A stretch of 64,000 bases of DNA from Eledone cirrhosa (GCA_964016885.1 OZ024741.1:18600001-18664000), one strand, 5' to 3'; shown: positions 1 through 13,975, counted from the stretch's first letter. The notes: generated from the letters alone by a model not told the origin. Program-made: numbers and translations.

Positions 1-3000
1 GTATGTGTGTGTGTGTATGTATCAGTATGTGTGTGTGTGTCTGTATCAGTATGTGTGTGTGTCTGTATCAGTATGTGTGTGTGTGTCTGTATCAGTATGT
101 GTGTGTGTGTCTGTATCAGTATGTGTGTGTGTGTCTGTATCAGTATGTGTGTGTATCGGTATCAGTATGTGTGTGTGTGTCTGTATCAGTATGTGTGTGT
201 GTGTCTGTATCAGTATGTGTGTGTGTGTCTGTATCAGTATGTGTGTGTGTCTGTATCAGTATGTGTGTGTGTGTCTGTATCAGTATGTGTGTGTGTGTCT
301 GTATCAGTATGTGTGTGTGTGTCTGTATCAGTATGTCTGTGCATGTCTGTATCAGTATGTGTGTGTGTGTCTGTATCAGTATGTGTGTGTGTGTCTGTAT
401 CAGTATGTGTGTGTGTGTCTGTATCAGTATGTGTGTGTGTGTCTGTATCAGTATGTGTGTGTGTGTCTGTATCAGTATGTGTGTGTGTGTCTGTATCAGT
501 ATGTGTGTGTGTCTGTATCAGTATGTGTGTGTGTGTCTGTATCGGTATGTGTGTGTGTGTCTGTATCAGTATGTGTGTGTATCTGTATCAGTATGTGTGT
601 GTGTGTCTGTATCAGTATGTGTGTGTATGTCTGTATCAGTATGTGTGTGTGTGTCTGTATCACTATGTGTGTGTGTGTCTGTATCAGTATGTGTGTGTGT
701 CTGTATCAGTATGTGTGTGTGTCTCTGTATCAGTATGTGTGTGTGTCTGTATCAGTATGTGTGTGTGTCTGTATCAGTATGTGTGTGTGCATGTCTGTAT
801 CAGTATGTGTGTGTGTCTGTATCAGTATGTGTGCATGTCTGTATCAGTATGTGTGTGTGTGTCTGTATCAGTATGTGTGTGTGTCTGTATCAGTATGTGT
901 GTGTGTCTGTATCAGTATGTGTGTGTGTGTCTGTATCAGTATGTGTGTGTGTCTGTATCAGTATGTGTGTGTGTCTGTATCAGTATGTGTGTGCATGTCT
1001 GTATCAGTATGTGTGTGTGTCTGTATCAGTATGTGTGTGTGTGTTGTATCAGTATGTGTGTGTGTCTGTATCAGTATGTGTGTGGGTCTCTGTATCAGTA
1101 TGTGTGTGTGTCTGTATCAGTATATGTGTGTGTGTCTGTATCAGTATGTGTGTGTGTCTGTATCAGTATGTGTGTGTGTGTCAGTATCAGCATGTGTGTG
1201 TGTCTGTATCAGTATGTGTGTGTGTCTGTATCAGTATGTGTGTGTGTCTGTATCAGTATGTGTGTGCATGTCTGTATCAGTATGTGTGTGTGTCTGTATC
1301 AGTATGTGTGTGTGTGTCGGTATCAGTATGTGTGTGTGTCTGTATCAGTATGTGTGTGTGTGTATGTATCAGTATGTGTGTGTGTGTCTGTATCAATATG
1401 TGTGTGTGTGTCTGTATCAGTATGTGTGTGTGTCTGTATCAGTATGTGTGTGTGTCTGTATCAGTATGTGTGTGTGTCTGTATCAGTATGTGTGTGTGTC
1501 TGTATCAGTATGTGTGTGTGTGTCTGTATCAGTATGTGTGTGTGTGTCTGTATCAGTATGTTTGTGTGTCTGTATCAGTATGTGTGTGTGTGTCTGTATC
1601 AGTATGTGTGTGTGTGTCTGTATCAGTATGTGTGTGTGTCTCTGTATCAGTATGTGTGTGTGTGTCTGTATCAGTATGTGTGTGTGTCTCTATCAGTATG
1701 TGAGTGTGTCTGTATCAGTATGTGTGTGTGCGTCTGTATCAGTATGTGTGTGTGTCTATATCAGGATGTGTGTGTGTGTCTGTATCAGTATGTGTGTGCA
1801 TGTCTGTATCAGTATGTGTGTGTGTGTCTGTATCAGTATGTGTGTGTGTGTCTGTATCAGTATGTGTGTGTGTCTCTATCAGTATGTGAGTGTGTCTGTA
1901 TCAGTATGTGTGTGTGTGTCTGTATCAGTATGTGTGTGTGTCTATATCAGGATGTGTGTGTGTGTCTGTATCAGTATGTGTGTGCATGGCTGTATCTGTA
2001 TGTGTGTGTGTGTCTGTATCAGTATGTGTGTGTGTGTCTGTATCAGTATGTGTGTGTATCTGTATCAGTATGTGTGTGTGTCTGTATCAGTATGTGTGTG
2101 TGTCTGTATCAGTATGTGTGTGTGTGTCTGTATCAGTATGTGTGTATGTGTCTGTATCACTATGTGTGTCTGTCTGTATCAGTATGTGCGTCTGTATCAG
2201 TATGTGTGTGTGTCTGTATCAGTATGTGTGTGTGTGTCTGTATCAGTATGTGTGTGTGTCTGTATCAGTATGTGTGTGCATGTCTGTATCAGTATGTGTG
2301 TGTGTGTCTGTATCAGTATGTGTGTGTGTGTCTGTATCAGTATGTGTGTGTGTCTGTATCAGTATGTGTGTGTGTCTGTATCAGTATGTGTGTGCATGTC
2401 TGTATCAGTATGTGTGTGTGTCTGTATCAGTATGTGTGTGTGTGTTGTATCAGTATGTGTGTGTGTCTGTATCAGTATGTTTGTGGGTGTCTGTATCAGT
2501 ATGTGTGTGTGTCTGTATCAGTATATGTGTGTGTGTCTGTATCAGTATGTGTGTGTGTCTGTATCAGTATGTGTGTGTGTGTCAGTATCAGCATGTGTGT
2601 GTGTCTGTATCAGTATGTGTGTGTGTCTGTATCAGTATGTGTGTGTGTCTGTATCAGTATGTGTGTGCATGTCTGTATCAGTATGTGTGTGTGTCTGTAT
2701 CAGTATGTGTGTGTGTGTCGGTATCAGTATGTGTGTGTGTCTGTATCAGTATGTGTGTGTGTGTATGTATCAGTATGTGTGTGTGTGTCTGTATCAATAT
2801 GTGTGTGTGTGTCTGTATCAGTATGTGTGTGTGTCTGTATCAGTATGTGTGTGTGTCTGTATCAGTATGTGTGTGTGGCTGTATCTGTATGTGTGTGTGT
2901 TTGTATCAGTATGTGTGTGTGTGTCTGTATCAGTATGTGTGTGTGTGTCTGTATCAGTATGTGTGTGTGTCTGTATCAGTATGTGTGTGTGTCTGTATCA

Positions 3001-6000
3001 GTATGTGTGTGTGTGTCTGTATCAGTATGTGTGTGTGTCTCTGTATCAGTATGTGTGTGTGTGTCTGTATCAGTATGTGTGTGTGTCTCTATCAGTATGT
3101 GAGTGTGTCTGTATCAGTATGTGTGTGTGCGTCTGTATCAGTATGTGTGTGTGTCTATATCAGGATGTGTGTGTGTGTCTGTATCAGTATGTGTGTGCAT
3201 GTCTGTATCAGTATGTGTGTGTGTGTCTGTATCAGTATGTGTGTGTGTCTGTATCAGTATGTGTGTGTGTCTCTATCAGTATGTGAGTGTGTCTGTATCA
3301 GTATGTGTGTGTGTGTCTGTATCAGTATGTGTGTGTGTCTATATCAGGATGTGTGTGTGTGTCTGTATCAGTATGTGTGTGCATGGCTATATCTGCATGT
3401 GTGTGTGTGTCTGTATCAGTATGTGTGTGTGTGTCTGTATCAGTATGTGTGTGTATCTGTATCAGTATGTGTGTGTGTCTGTATCAGTATGTGTGTGTGT
3501 CTGTATCAGTATGTGTGTGTGTGTCTGTATCAGTATGTCTGTGTGTTTGTATCAGTATGTGTGTGTGTGTCTGTATCAGTATGTGTGTGTGTCTGTATCA
3601 GTATGTGTGTGTGTGTATGTATCAGTATGTGTGTATGTGTCTGTATCACTATGTGTGTGTGTCTGTATCAGTATGTGCGTCTGTATCAGTATGTGTGTGT
3701 GTCTGTATCAGTATGTGTGTGTGTGTCTGTATCAGTATGTGTGTGTGTCTGTATCAGTATGTGTGTGCATGTCTGTATCAGTATGTGTGTGTGTGTCTGT
3801 ATCAGTATGTGTGTGTGTGTCTGTATCAGTATGTGTGTGTGTCTCTATCAGTATGTGAGTGTGTCTGTATCAGTATGTGTGTGTGTGTGTCTGTATCAGT
3901 ATGTGTGTGTGTCTATATCAGGATGTGTGTGTGTGTCTGTATCAGTATGTGTGTGCATGTCTGTATCAGTATGTGTGTGTGTGTCTGTATCAGTATGTGT
4001 GTGTGTGTGTGTCTGTATCAGTATGTGTGTGTGTCTCTATCAGTATGTGAGTGTGTCTGTATCAGTATGTGTGTGTGTGTCTGTATCAGTATGTGTGTGT
4101 GTGTCTGTATCAGTATGTGTGTGTGTCTATATCAGGATGTGTGTGTGTGTCTGTATCAGTATGTGTGTGCATGTCTGTATCTGTATGTGTGTGTGTGTCT
4201 GTATCAGTATGTGTGTGTGTGTCTGTATCAGTATGTGTGTGTCTGTATCAGTATGTGTGTGTGTATCTGTATCAGTATGTGTGTGTGTCTGTATCAGTAT
4301 GTGTGTGTGTCTGTATCAGTATGTGTGTGTGTGTCTGTATCAGTATGTGCGTATGTGTCTGTATCACTATGTGTGTGTGTCTGTATCAGTATGTGCGTCT
4401 GTATCAGTATGTGTGTGTGTCTGTATCAGTATGTGTGTGTGTGTGTCTGTATCAGTATGTGTGTGTGTCTGTATCAGTATGTGTGTGTGTGTTTGTATCA
4501 GTATGTGTGTGTGTGTCTGTATCAGTATGTGTGTGTGTGTCTGTATCACTATGTGTGTGTATCTGTATCAGTATGTGCGTGTGTCGGTATCAGTATGTGT
4601 GTGTGTCTGTATCAGTATGTGTGTGTGTGTCTGTATCAGTATGTGTGTGTGTGTCTGTATCAGTATGTGTGTGTGTGTCTGTATCAGTATGTGTGTGTGT
4701 TTGTATCAGTATGTGTGTGTGTGTCTGTATCAGTATGTGTGTGTGTCTGTATCAGTATGTGTGTGTGTGTATGTATCAGTATGTGTGTGTGTGTCTGTAT
4801 CAGTATGTGTGTGTGTGTCTGTATCAGTATGTGTGTGTGTGTCTGTATCAGTATGTGTGTGTGTCTGTATCAGTATGTGTGTGTGTCTGTATCAGCATGT
4901 GTGTGTGTGTCTGTATCGGTATGTGTGTGTGTGTCTGTATCAGTATGTGTGTGTGTCTGTATCAGTATGTGTGTGTGCGTCTGTATCAGTATGTGTGTGT
5001 ATGTCTGTATCAGTATGTGTGTGTGTGTCTGTATCACTATGTGTGTGTGTGTCTGTATCAGTATGTGTGTGTGTGTCTGTATCAGCATGTGTGTGTGTGT
5101 GTCTGTATCGGTATGTGTGTGTGTGTCTGTATCAGTATGTGTGTGTGTCTGTATCAGTATGTGTGTGTGTGTCTGTATCAGTATGTGTGTGTATGTCTGT
5201 ATCAGTATGTGTGTGTGTGCCTGTATAAGTATGTGTGTGCATGTCTGTATCAGTATGTGTGTGTGTCTGTATCAGTATGTGTGTGTGTCTGTATCAGTAT
5301 GTGTGTGTGTGTCTGTATCAGTATGTGTGTGTGTCTGTATCAGTATGTGTGTGCATGTCTGTATCAGTATGTGTGTGCATGTCTGTATCAGTATGTGTGT
5401 GTGTGTATGTATCAGTATGTGTGTGTGTCTGTATCAGTATGTGTGTGTGTGTCTGTATCAGCATGTGTGTGTGTGTGTCTGTATCAGTATGTGTGTGTGT
5501 CTGTATCAGCCTGTGTGTGTGTCTGTATCAGTATCTGTGTGTGCATGTCTGTATCAGTATGTGTGTGGGTCTGTATCAGTATGTGTGTGTGTGTCTGTAT
5601 CAGTATGTGTGTGTGTCTGTATCAGTATGTGTGTGTGTGTCTGTATCAGTATGTGTGTGCATGTCTGTATCAGTATGTGTGTGCATGTCTGTATCAGTAT
5701 GTGTGTGTGTGTCTGCATTAGTATGTGTGTGTGTCTGTATCAGTATGTGTGTGTGTGTCTGTATCAGTATGTGTGTGTGTCTGTATCAGTATGTGTGTGT
5801 GTGTCTGTATCAGTATGTGTGTGTGTCTGTATCAGTATGTGTGTGTGTCTGTATCAGCATGTGTGTGTGTCTGTATCATTATGTGTGTGTGTCTGTATCA
5901 GTATGTGTGTGTGTCTGTATCAGTATGTGTGTGTGTGTCTTTATCAGTATGTGTGTGTGTCTGTATCAGTATGTGTGTGTGTGTCTGTATCAGTATGTGT

Positions 6001-9000
6001 GTGTGTCTGTATCAGTATGTGTGTGTGTGTTTGTATCAGTATGTGTGTGTGTGTATGTATCAGTATGTGTGTGTGTGTCTGTATCAGTATGTGTGTGTGT
6101 CTGTATCAGTATGTGTGTGTGTCTGTATCAGTATGTGTGTGTGTGTCTGTATCAGTATGTGTGTGTGTCTGTATCAGTATGTGTGTGTGTCTCTTTATCA
6201 GTATGTGTGTGTGTCTGTATCAGTATGTGTGTGTGTCTGTATCAGTATGTGTGTGTGTGCCTGTATCACTATGTGTGTGTATCTGTATCAGTATCTGTGT
6301 GTGTCTGTATCAGTATGTGTGTGCATGTCTGTATCAGTATGTGTGTGTATCTGTATCAGTATGTGTGTGTGTGTCTGTATCAGTATGTGTGTGTGTGTTG
6401 TATCAGTATGTGTGCATGTCTGTATCAGTATGTGTGTGTGTGTCTGTATCAGTATGTGTGTGTGTCTGTATCAGTATGTGTGTGTGTGTCTGTATCGGTA
6501 TGTGTGTGTGTGTCTGTATCAGTATGTGTGTGTATCTGTATCAGTATGTGTGTGTGTGTCTGTATCAGTATGTGTGTGTATGTCTGTATCAGTATGTGTG
6601 TGTGTGTCTGTATCACTATGTGTGTGTGTGTCTGTATCAGTATGTGTGTGTGTCTGTATCAGTATGTGTGTGTGTCTCTGTATCAGTATGTGTGTGTGTC
6701 TGTATCAGTATGTGTGTGTGTCTGTATCAGTATGTGTGTGTGCATGTCTGTATCAGTATGTGTGTGTGTCTGTATCAGTATGTGTGCATGTCTGTATCAG
6801 TATGTGTGTGTGTGTCTGTATCAGTATGTGTGTGTGTCTGTATCAGTATGTGTGTGTGTCTGTATCAGTATGTGTGTGTGTGTCTGTATCAGTATGTGTG
6901 TGTGTCTGTATCAGTATGTGTGTGTGTCTGTATCAGTATGTGTGTGCATGTCTGTATCAGTATGTGTGTGTGTCTGTATCAGTATGTGTGTGTGTGTTGT
7001 ATCAGTATGTGTGTGTGTCTGTATCAGTATGTGTGTGGGTCTCTGTATCAGTATGTGTGTGTGTCTGTATCAGTATATGTGTGTGTGTCTGTATCAGTAT
7101 GTGTGTGTGTCTGTATCAGTATGTGTGTGTGTGTCAGTATCAGCATGTGTGTGTGTCTGTATCAGTATGTGTGTGTGTCTGTATCAGTATGTGTGTGTGT
7201 CTGTATCAGTATGTGTGTGCATGTCTGTATCAGTATGTGTGTGTGTCTGTATCAGTATGTGTGTGTGTGTCGGTATCAGTATGTGTGTGTGTCTGTATCA
7301 GTATGTGTGTGTGTGTATGTATCAGTATGTGTGTGTGTGTCTGTATCAATATGTGTGTGTGTGTCTGTATCAGTATGTGTGTGTGTCTGTATCAGTATGT
7401 GTGTGTGTCTGTATCAGTATGTGTGTGTGTCTGTATCAGTATGTGTGTGTGTCTGTATCAGTATGTGTGTGTGTGTCTGTATCAGTATGTGTGTGTGTGT
7501 CTGTATCAGTATGTTTGTGTGTCTGTATCAGTATGTGTGTGTGTGTCTGTATCAGTATGTGTGTGTGTGTCTGTATCAGTATGTGTGTGTGTCTCTGTAT
7601 CAGTATGTGTGTGTGTGTCTGTATCAGTATGTGTGTGTGTCTCTATCAGTATGTGAGTGTGTCTGTATCAGTATGTGTGTGTGCGTCTGTATCAGTATGT
7701 GTGTGTGTCTATATCAGGATGTGTGTGTGTGTCTGTATCAGTATGTGTGTGTGTGTCTGTATCAGTATGTGTGTGTGTGTCTGTATCAGTATGTGTGTGT
7801 GTCTCTATCAGTATGTGAGTGTGTCTGTATCAGTATGTGTGTGTGTGTCTGTATCAGTATGTGTGTGTGTCTATATCAGGATGTGTGTGTGTGTCTGTAT
7901 CAGTATGTGTGTGCATGGCTGTATCTGTATGTGTGTGTGTGTCTGTATCAGTATGTGTGTGTGTGTCTGTATCAGTATGTGTGTGTATCTGTATCAGTAT
8001 GTGTGTGTGTCTGTATCAGTATGTGTGTGTGTCTGTATCAGTATGTGTGTGTGTGTCTGTATCAGTATGTGTGTATGTGTCTGTATCACTATGTGTGTGT
8101 CTGTCTGTATCAGTATGTGCGTCTGTATCAGTATGTGTGTGTGTCTGTATCAGTATGTGTGTGTGTGTCTGTATCAGTATGTGTGTGTGTCTGTATCAGT
8201 ATGTGTGTGCATGTCTGTATCAGTATGTGAGTGTGTCTGTATCAGTATGTGTGTGTGTGTCTGTATCAGTATGTGTGTGTGTCTGTATCAGTATGTGTGT
8301 GTGTGTCTGTATCAGTATGTGTGTGTGTCTCTATCAGTATGTGAGTGTGTCTGTATCAGTATGTGTGTGTGTGTCTGTATCAGTATGTGTGTGTGTCTGT
8401 ATCAGTATGTGTGTGTGTCTGTATCAGGATGTGTGTGTGTGTCTGTATCAGTATGTGTGTGTGTCTCTATCAGTATGTGAGTGTGTCTGTATCAGTATGT
8501 GTGTGTGTGTCTGTATCAGTATGTGTGTGTGTCTGTATCAGTATGTGTGTGTGTCTATATCAGGATGTGTGTGTGTGTCTGTATCAGTATGTGTGTGCAT
8601 GTCTGTATCTGTATGTGTGTGTGTGTCTGTATCAGTATGTGTGTGTGTGTCTGTATCAGTATGTGTGTGTGTCTGTATCAGTATGTGCGTCTGTATCAGT
8701 ATGTGTGTGTGTCTGTATCAGTATGTGTGTGTGTGTGTCTGTATCAGTATGTGTGTGTGTCTGTATCAGTATGTGTGTGTGTGTTTGTATCAGTATGTGT
8801 GTGTGTGTATGTATCAGTATGTGTGTGTGTGTCTGTATCACTATGTGTGTGTATCTGTATCAGTATGTGTGTGTGTGTCTGTATCAGTATGTCTGTGCAT
8901 GTCTGTATCAGTATGTGTGTGTGTGTCTGTATCAGTATGTGTGTGTGTGTCTGTATCAGTATGTGTGTGTGTGTCTGTATCAGTATGTCTGTGTGTTTGT

Positions 9001-11368
9001 ATCAGTATGTGTGTGTGTGTCTGTATCAGTATGTGTGTGTGTCTGTATCAGTATGTGTGTGTGTGTATGTATCAGTATATGTGTGTGTGTCTGTATCAGT
9101 ATGTGTGTGTGTGTCTGTATCAGTATGTGTGTGTGTGTCTGTATCAGTATGTGTGTGTGTCTGTATCAGCATGTGTGTGTGTGTCTGTATCGGTATGTGT
9201 GTGTGTGTCTGTATCAGTATGTGTGTGTATCTGTATCAGTATGTGTGTGTGTCTGTATCAGTATGTGTGTGTGTGTCTGTATCAGTATGTGTGTGTATGT
9301 CTGTATCAGTATGTGTGTGTGTGTCTGTATCACTATGTGTGTGTGTGTCTGTATCAGTATGTGTGTGTGTGTCTGTATCAGTATGTGTGTGTGTCTGTAT
9401 CCGTATGTGTGTGTGTGTCTGTATCAGTATGTGTGTGTGTGTCTGTATCAGTATGTGTGTGTGTCTGTATCAGTATGTGTGTGTGTGTATGTATCAGTAT
9501 GTGTGTGTGTGTCTGTATCAATATGTGTGTATGTGTCTGTATCAGTATGTGTGTGTGTCTGTATCAGTATGTGTGTGTGTCTGTATCAGTATGTGTGTGT
9601 GTCTGTATCAGTATGTGTGTGTGTCTGTATCAGTATGTGTGTGTGTGTCTGTATCAGTATGTGTGTGTGTGTCTGTATCAGTATGTGTGTGTGTCTGTAT
9701 CAGTATGTGTGTGCATGTCTGTATCAGTATGTGTGTGTGTCTGTATCAGTATGTGTGTGTGTCTGTATCAGTATGTGTGTGTGTGTGTGTGTGTGTCTGT
9801 ATCAGTATGTGTGTGTGTCTGTATCAGTATGTGTGTGCATGTCTGTATCAGTATGTGTGTGCATGTCTGTATCAGTATGTGTGTGTGTGTATGTATCAGT
9901 ATGTGTGTGTGTCTGTATCAGTATGTGTGTGTGTGTCTGTATCAGCATGTGTGTGTGTGTGTCTGTATCAGTATGTGTGTGTGTGCCTGTATCAGTATGT
10001 GTGTGCATGTCTGTATCAGTATGTGTGTGTGTCTGTATCAGTATGTGTGTGTGTGTCTGTATCAGTATGTGTGTGTGTGTCTGTATCAGTATGTGTGTGT
10101 GTCTGTATCAGTATGTGTGTGCATGTCTGTATCAGTATGTGTGTGCATGTCTGTATCAGTATGTGTGTGTGTGTATGTATCAGTATGTGTGTGTGTCTGT
10201 ATCAGTATGTGTGTGTGTGTCTGTATCAGCATGTGTGTGTGTGTGTCTGTATCAGTATGTGTGTGTGTCTGTATCAGCCTGTGTGTGTGTCTGTATCAGT
10301 ATGTGTGTGTGCATGTCTGTATCAGTATGTGTGTGGGTCTGTATCAGTATGTGTGTGTGTGTCTGTATCAGTATGTGTGTGTGTCTGTATCAGTATGTGT
10401 GTGTGTGTCTGTATCAGTATGTGTGTGCATGTCTGTATCAGTATGTGTGTGCATGTTTGTATCAGTATGTGTGTGTGTCTGCATTAGTATGTGTGTGTGT
10501 CTGTATCAGTATGTGTGTGTGTGTCTGTATCAGTATGTGTGTGTGTCTGTATCAGTATGTGTGTGTGTGTCTGTATCAGTATGTGTGTGTGTCTGTATCA
10601 TTATGTGTGTGTGTCTGTATCAGCATGTGTGTGTGTCTGTATCATTATGTGTGTGTGTCTGTATCAGTATGTGTGTGTGTCTGTATCAGTATGTGTGTGT
10701 GTGTCTTTATCAGTATGTGTGTGTGTCTGTATCAGTATGTGTGTGCATGTCTGTATCAGTATGTGTGTGTGTCTGTATCAGCATGTGTGTGTGTCTGTAT
10801 CAGTATGTGTGTGTGTCTGTATCAGTATGTGTGTGTGTCTGTATCAGTATGTGTGTGTGTGTCTGTATCAGTATGTGTGTGTGTGTCTGTATCTGTATGT
10901 GTGTGTGTGTCTGTATCAGTATGTGTTTGCATGTCTGTATCAGTATGTGTGTGTGTCTGTATCAGCATGTGTGTGTGTCTGTATCAGTATGTGTGTGAGT
11001 CTGTATCAGTATGTGTGTGTGTCTGTATCAGTATGTGTGTGTGTATCTGTATCAGTATGTGTGTGTGTCTGTATCAGTATGTGTGTGCATGTCTGTATCA
11101 GTATGTGTGTGTGTCTGTATCAGTATGTGTGTGTGTGTGTGTGTATCAGTATGTGTTTGTGTGTCTGTATCAGCATGTGTGTGTGTCTGTATTAGTATGT
11201 GTATGTGTCTCTATCAGCATGTGTGTGTGTCTGCATCAGTATGTGTGTGTGCATGTCTGTATCAGTATGTGTGTGTGTGTCTGTATCAGTATGTGTGTGT
11301 GTGTCTGTATCAGTATGTGTGTGTGTCTGTATCAGTATGTGTGTGCATGTCTGTATCAGTATGTGTGT
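1..11368. repeat. Compound minisatellite, 22/24-bp unit CTGTATCAGTAT(GT)5-6, roughly 490 copies, runs off the left edge
   Basis: Unit read directly (41-62 = 22 bp, 63-86 = 24 bp). Variant units (GCAT, CTCTATCAG, GTGAGT, CAGGAT) recur in ordered blocks. The consensus has no stop codon on the + strand, which explains the 1000+ aa CVCVCISM ORFs. Confidence 0.98.
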
Positions 11369-11453
11369 ATATATGTATATATATATATATATGTGTGTAT
11401 ATATGTGTATGTATATATGTATGTATATATATATATGTATATATATGTGTATG

Positions 11454-11530
<77 letters not shown>

Positions 11531-11545
11531 ATATGTATATATATG
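11369..11545. repeat. (TA)n/(TATG)n microsatellite
   Basis: Read directly; caps the minisatellite array. Confidence 0.95.
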
Positions 11546-11825
11546 TCAGGTCACCAGTTGGTGCTACTGGTAACATGTATCCCAGTACAACCTGTCTCAT
11601 GGTCGACTAAACTGGCAACCCCACCAAGGTGAGGAGGGTGGCTTTGGACATCCTGCAGGACTAAAAACAAAACCTGTCAAAGGGCAAAGGAGCTCTTAAG
11701 AGTCAATGGCCATCCAAAATCACCGGGAGAGATGACCCCTTAGCCTTTGTCAAGGCAGAATTCTAGGAGAAGGAAAACTCTGATATAGCACCTGCAACCC
11801 TGATGGTATCCAATGATGTTGACTT
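11546..11825 (+). mobile_element. RTE-clade retrotransposon 5'-leader-like fragment (non-coding)
   Basis: Contains AAACCTGTCAAAGGGC (11670-11685) and CTAGGAGAAGGAAAACTCTGA (11763-11783), motifs I recall from 5' UTRs of invertebrate RTE LINEs. No ORF follows. Assignment is from memory. Confidence 0.5.
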
Positions 11826-12271
11826 GTTCTTCTTTTTGGTAAATATCATCTTGGTTGAGAGAGTGGGACTGGCTTTGTGCAGTGCCTTTGCTCACTATGT
11901 ATGTATGCGTATTTGGCATGTGTGTGGGAGAGAGGGGGTGGTGAAAGGAGGTGAGAGAAGGGAGAAGCTACAGACAATGCTACCGTAGAGAAAGAGTTAA
12001 GACATATCTGCTGTCGCTACAACATACAACCTTACAGTCTGCTCCAGCGACAACAGTTCACTTTTTTGTACGTCTGCAGTAAACTAAAACTCTTTCTGTT
12101 TCACATAACACCCTCATTATCTTAGCTTCTTCCTCCTTCTCACTTCCCCCTCATTCAACCCACTCCTCCTCTCACACACTTTCTCTTACTGTGTCCGTTC
12201 GCCTTTCTCTGTCTATTTGTCTCTCTATGTCTGTCTTCTTCCACCCACCTCTCTTTCTTTCTCTGTAAGTA

Positions 12272-13222
12272 TTTTTTTTTTTTTTTTTTTAATAAACATA
12301 TGCTAATTGGTTTACAGAGGGTAAAGAGGAGAAAGTGTTACCAGGGAAATAGCGAGGGAGACGCGTTGAAATAAGCACTCTACTCTTTCCGGTGTTATAG
12401 AGAACATAAACAACACATCGAAATAACGAGTTTTAGGAAAGAAAATTGTTAGAATTTAAAAATGTTCTTGTAATTGAAATAGCGGCTCCTATTTGCTGAC
12501 AATAGTGAGAGATGTAGGTAGATATATGAGATTAGACATATAGAGAGACACAGATAGAGAACCACCACGGATGTACATGATAATATGACAAGTCAGTCAA
12601 TCATATTGATGGCCGCCCCACAGCCCCGGGGGACAGAATGGAGAAGGTGTTTCACCGAAGGACGGCAAGGGAGATGCGCTGGAAGAGATATTCCAACTTG
12701 TGAGCCTCTCACCTGCGGCTGGCCAGCTCAGCACCTATGCTGCTGAGTAGGAAGGTAGCCCTAGGAGATTGACCGGTATTTGAAGAGTTTGGCCTCCTCA
12801 GCCCGACGTGCAGCAGAGCCTGGGTTAGTTGCAGACTGCACCAGGTTGTGGCTGGAGAAAGTGTTACCAGGGAAATAGCGAGGAAGACGCGTTGAAATAA
12901 GCACTCTACTCTTTCGGGTAGTCAACTAACTCCACCCCAATAAGAATGAGTAAGAAAGTCAGAAAGAAGTCTCCACCGCTTCAACGACAGACAAACTTAT
13001 CGGAAAGTTGTCAGATACTTTCAACATCTTGCAATCTTGTCAGGTAACGAAACCTCTGTCATACAATGATATTGTGTGGACTGAGTCCACCGCTGGTCTC
13101 TGATATAAAGTGTTACTCGCTGGGGGTGGGATGGGACTGCAATTCCTAGTTGTGATGCTATTCTGAGGAGGAGCGTAATTAGGTAGTCGGTAGTTCGCGT
13201 TCAAGTTAAGGCAGGCGGTCAT
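12272..13222 (-). mobile_element. Unclassified poly(A)-tailed retroposed segment with an internal 62-bp direct repeat
   Basis: T19 at 12272-12290 (A-tail on - strand). 12328-12389 and 12854-12915 are identical except for 1 base. The distal boundary is a guess and no TSD was found. Confidence 0.4.
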
Positions 13223-13233
13223 AATTTATATCT

Positions 13234-13382
13234 GTGTGTGTGTGTTGCATGCATATGTATGTCTACCTGTGTTGGTGTGTGTATATGTGTGTATGTGTTG
13301 CACAAATATGATTACACCAGTATGTATGTTAGCGTGTATTCTGTTGGTTATATACATATGTGTGTGTGTCTGTGTATTATAT

Positions 13383-13423
<41 letters not shown>

Positions 13424-13455
13424 TGGTAAATCTTATGAATGTGTATGTATGTATG
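13234..13455. repeat. (TG)n/(TA)n/(TATG)n low-complexity microsatellite tract
   Basis: Read directly; ends in (TATG)3 at 13444-13455. Confidence 0.85.
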
Positions 13456-13682
13456 CTCTTCTGGTTTTATCATTTCACAAAGTTTGACCAATAGAGAGAG
13501 AGTCGGTTTCTAACATGGACACAAGACTCTCTCATTGGAGTGAATTTACACATCAACTAGGTAGATGTGTATGCATGCATGTGTTGATATGGATGTTATT
13601 GTATGTGTGGATGTGTATGTTTTGAGTTGTATGTGTGCATGTGTATATGCTTTGCATCTGTACATATGTATATGCAGTTATT

Positions 13683-13975
13683 ATTTTGGAATGTTTTACA
13701 TATTTTTACTGTTCCATTAATGGACTGTACTTGTAATTTCCTAACTAGTTGTGTTCTTTCTGTTCCTGTGAAGCCTAGCTTCTCAAGATTTGTATTGAGG
13801 CAGTTACTAACATACCCCAATGCCCCAATAATACCAGGCATAAATCTGAAGGTGTAATCAGGGTGGAGTATCTGCAGATTTCTCATCAGTTCTGCATAAA
13901 TATTCTACTTTTCACTAATCTTTGATTATTGACATCTGCTGGGCAGCTAATTTCCACTACTGTGCATGCTTTCTT
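13683..13975 (-). pseudogene. RLE C-terminus (frameshift plus in-frame stop)
   Basis: Manual translation after the shift reads TVVEISCPADVN..SEK*NIYAELMRNL, continuing as PGIIGALG..LQVQSINGTVKICKTF. Confidence 0.8.

Noticed and set aside
3-11632. Very long Cys/Val-rich ORFs in all three + frames
   Set aside because: The repeat consensus has no stop codon on this strand, and all frames give the same permuted peptides.
12770-12812. HDV-like GCCTCCTC motif on + and CTGAGGA hammerhead core on -
   Set aside because: No correctly placed P3/P1 partners for an HDV fold, and no GAAA after the possible stem II.
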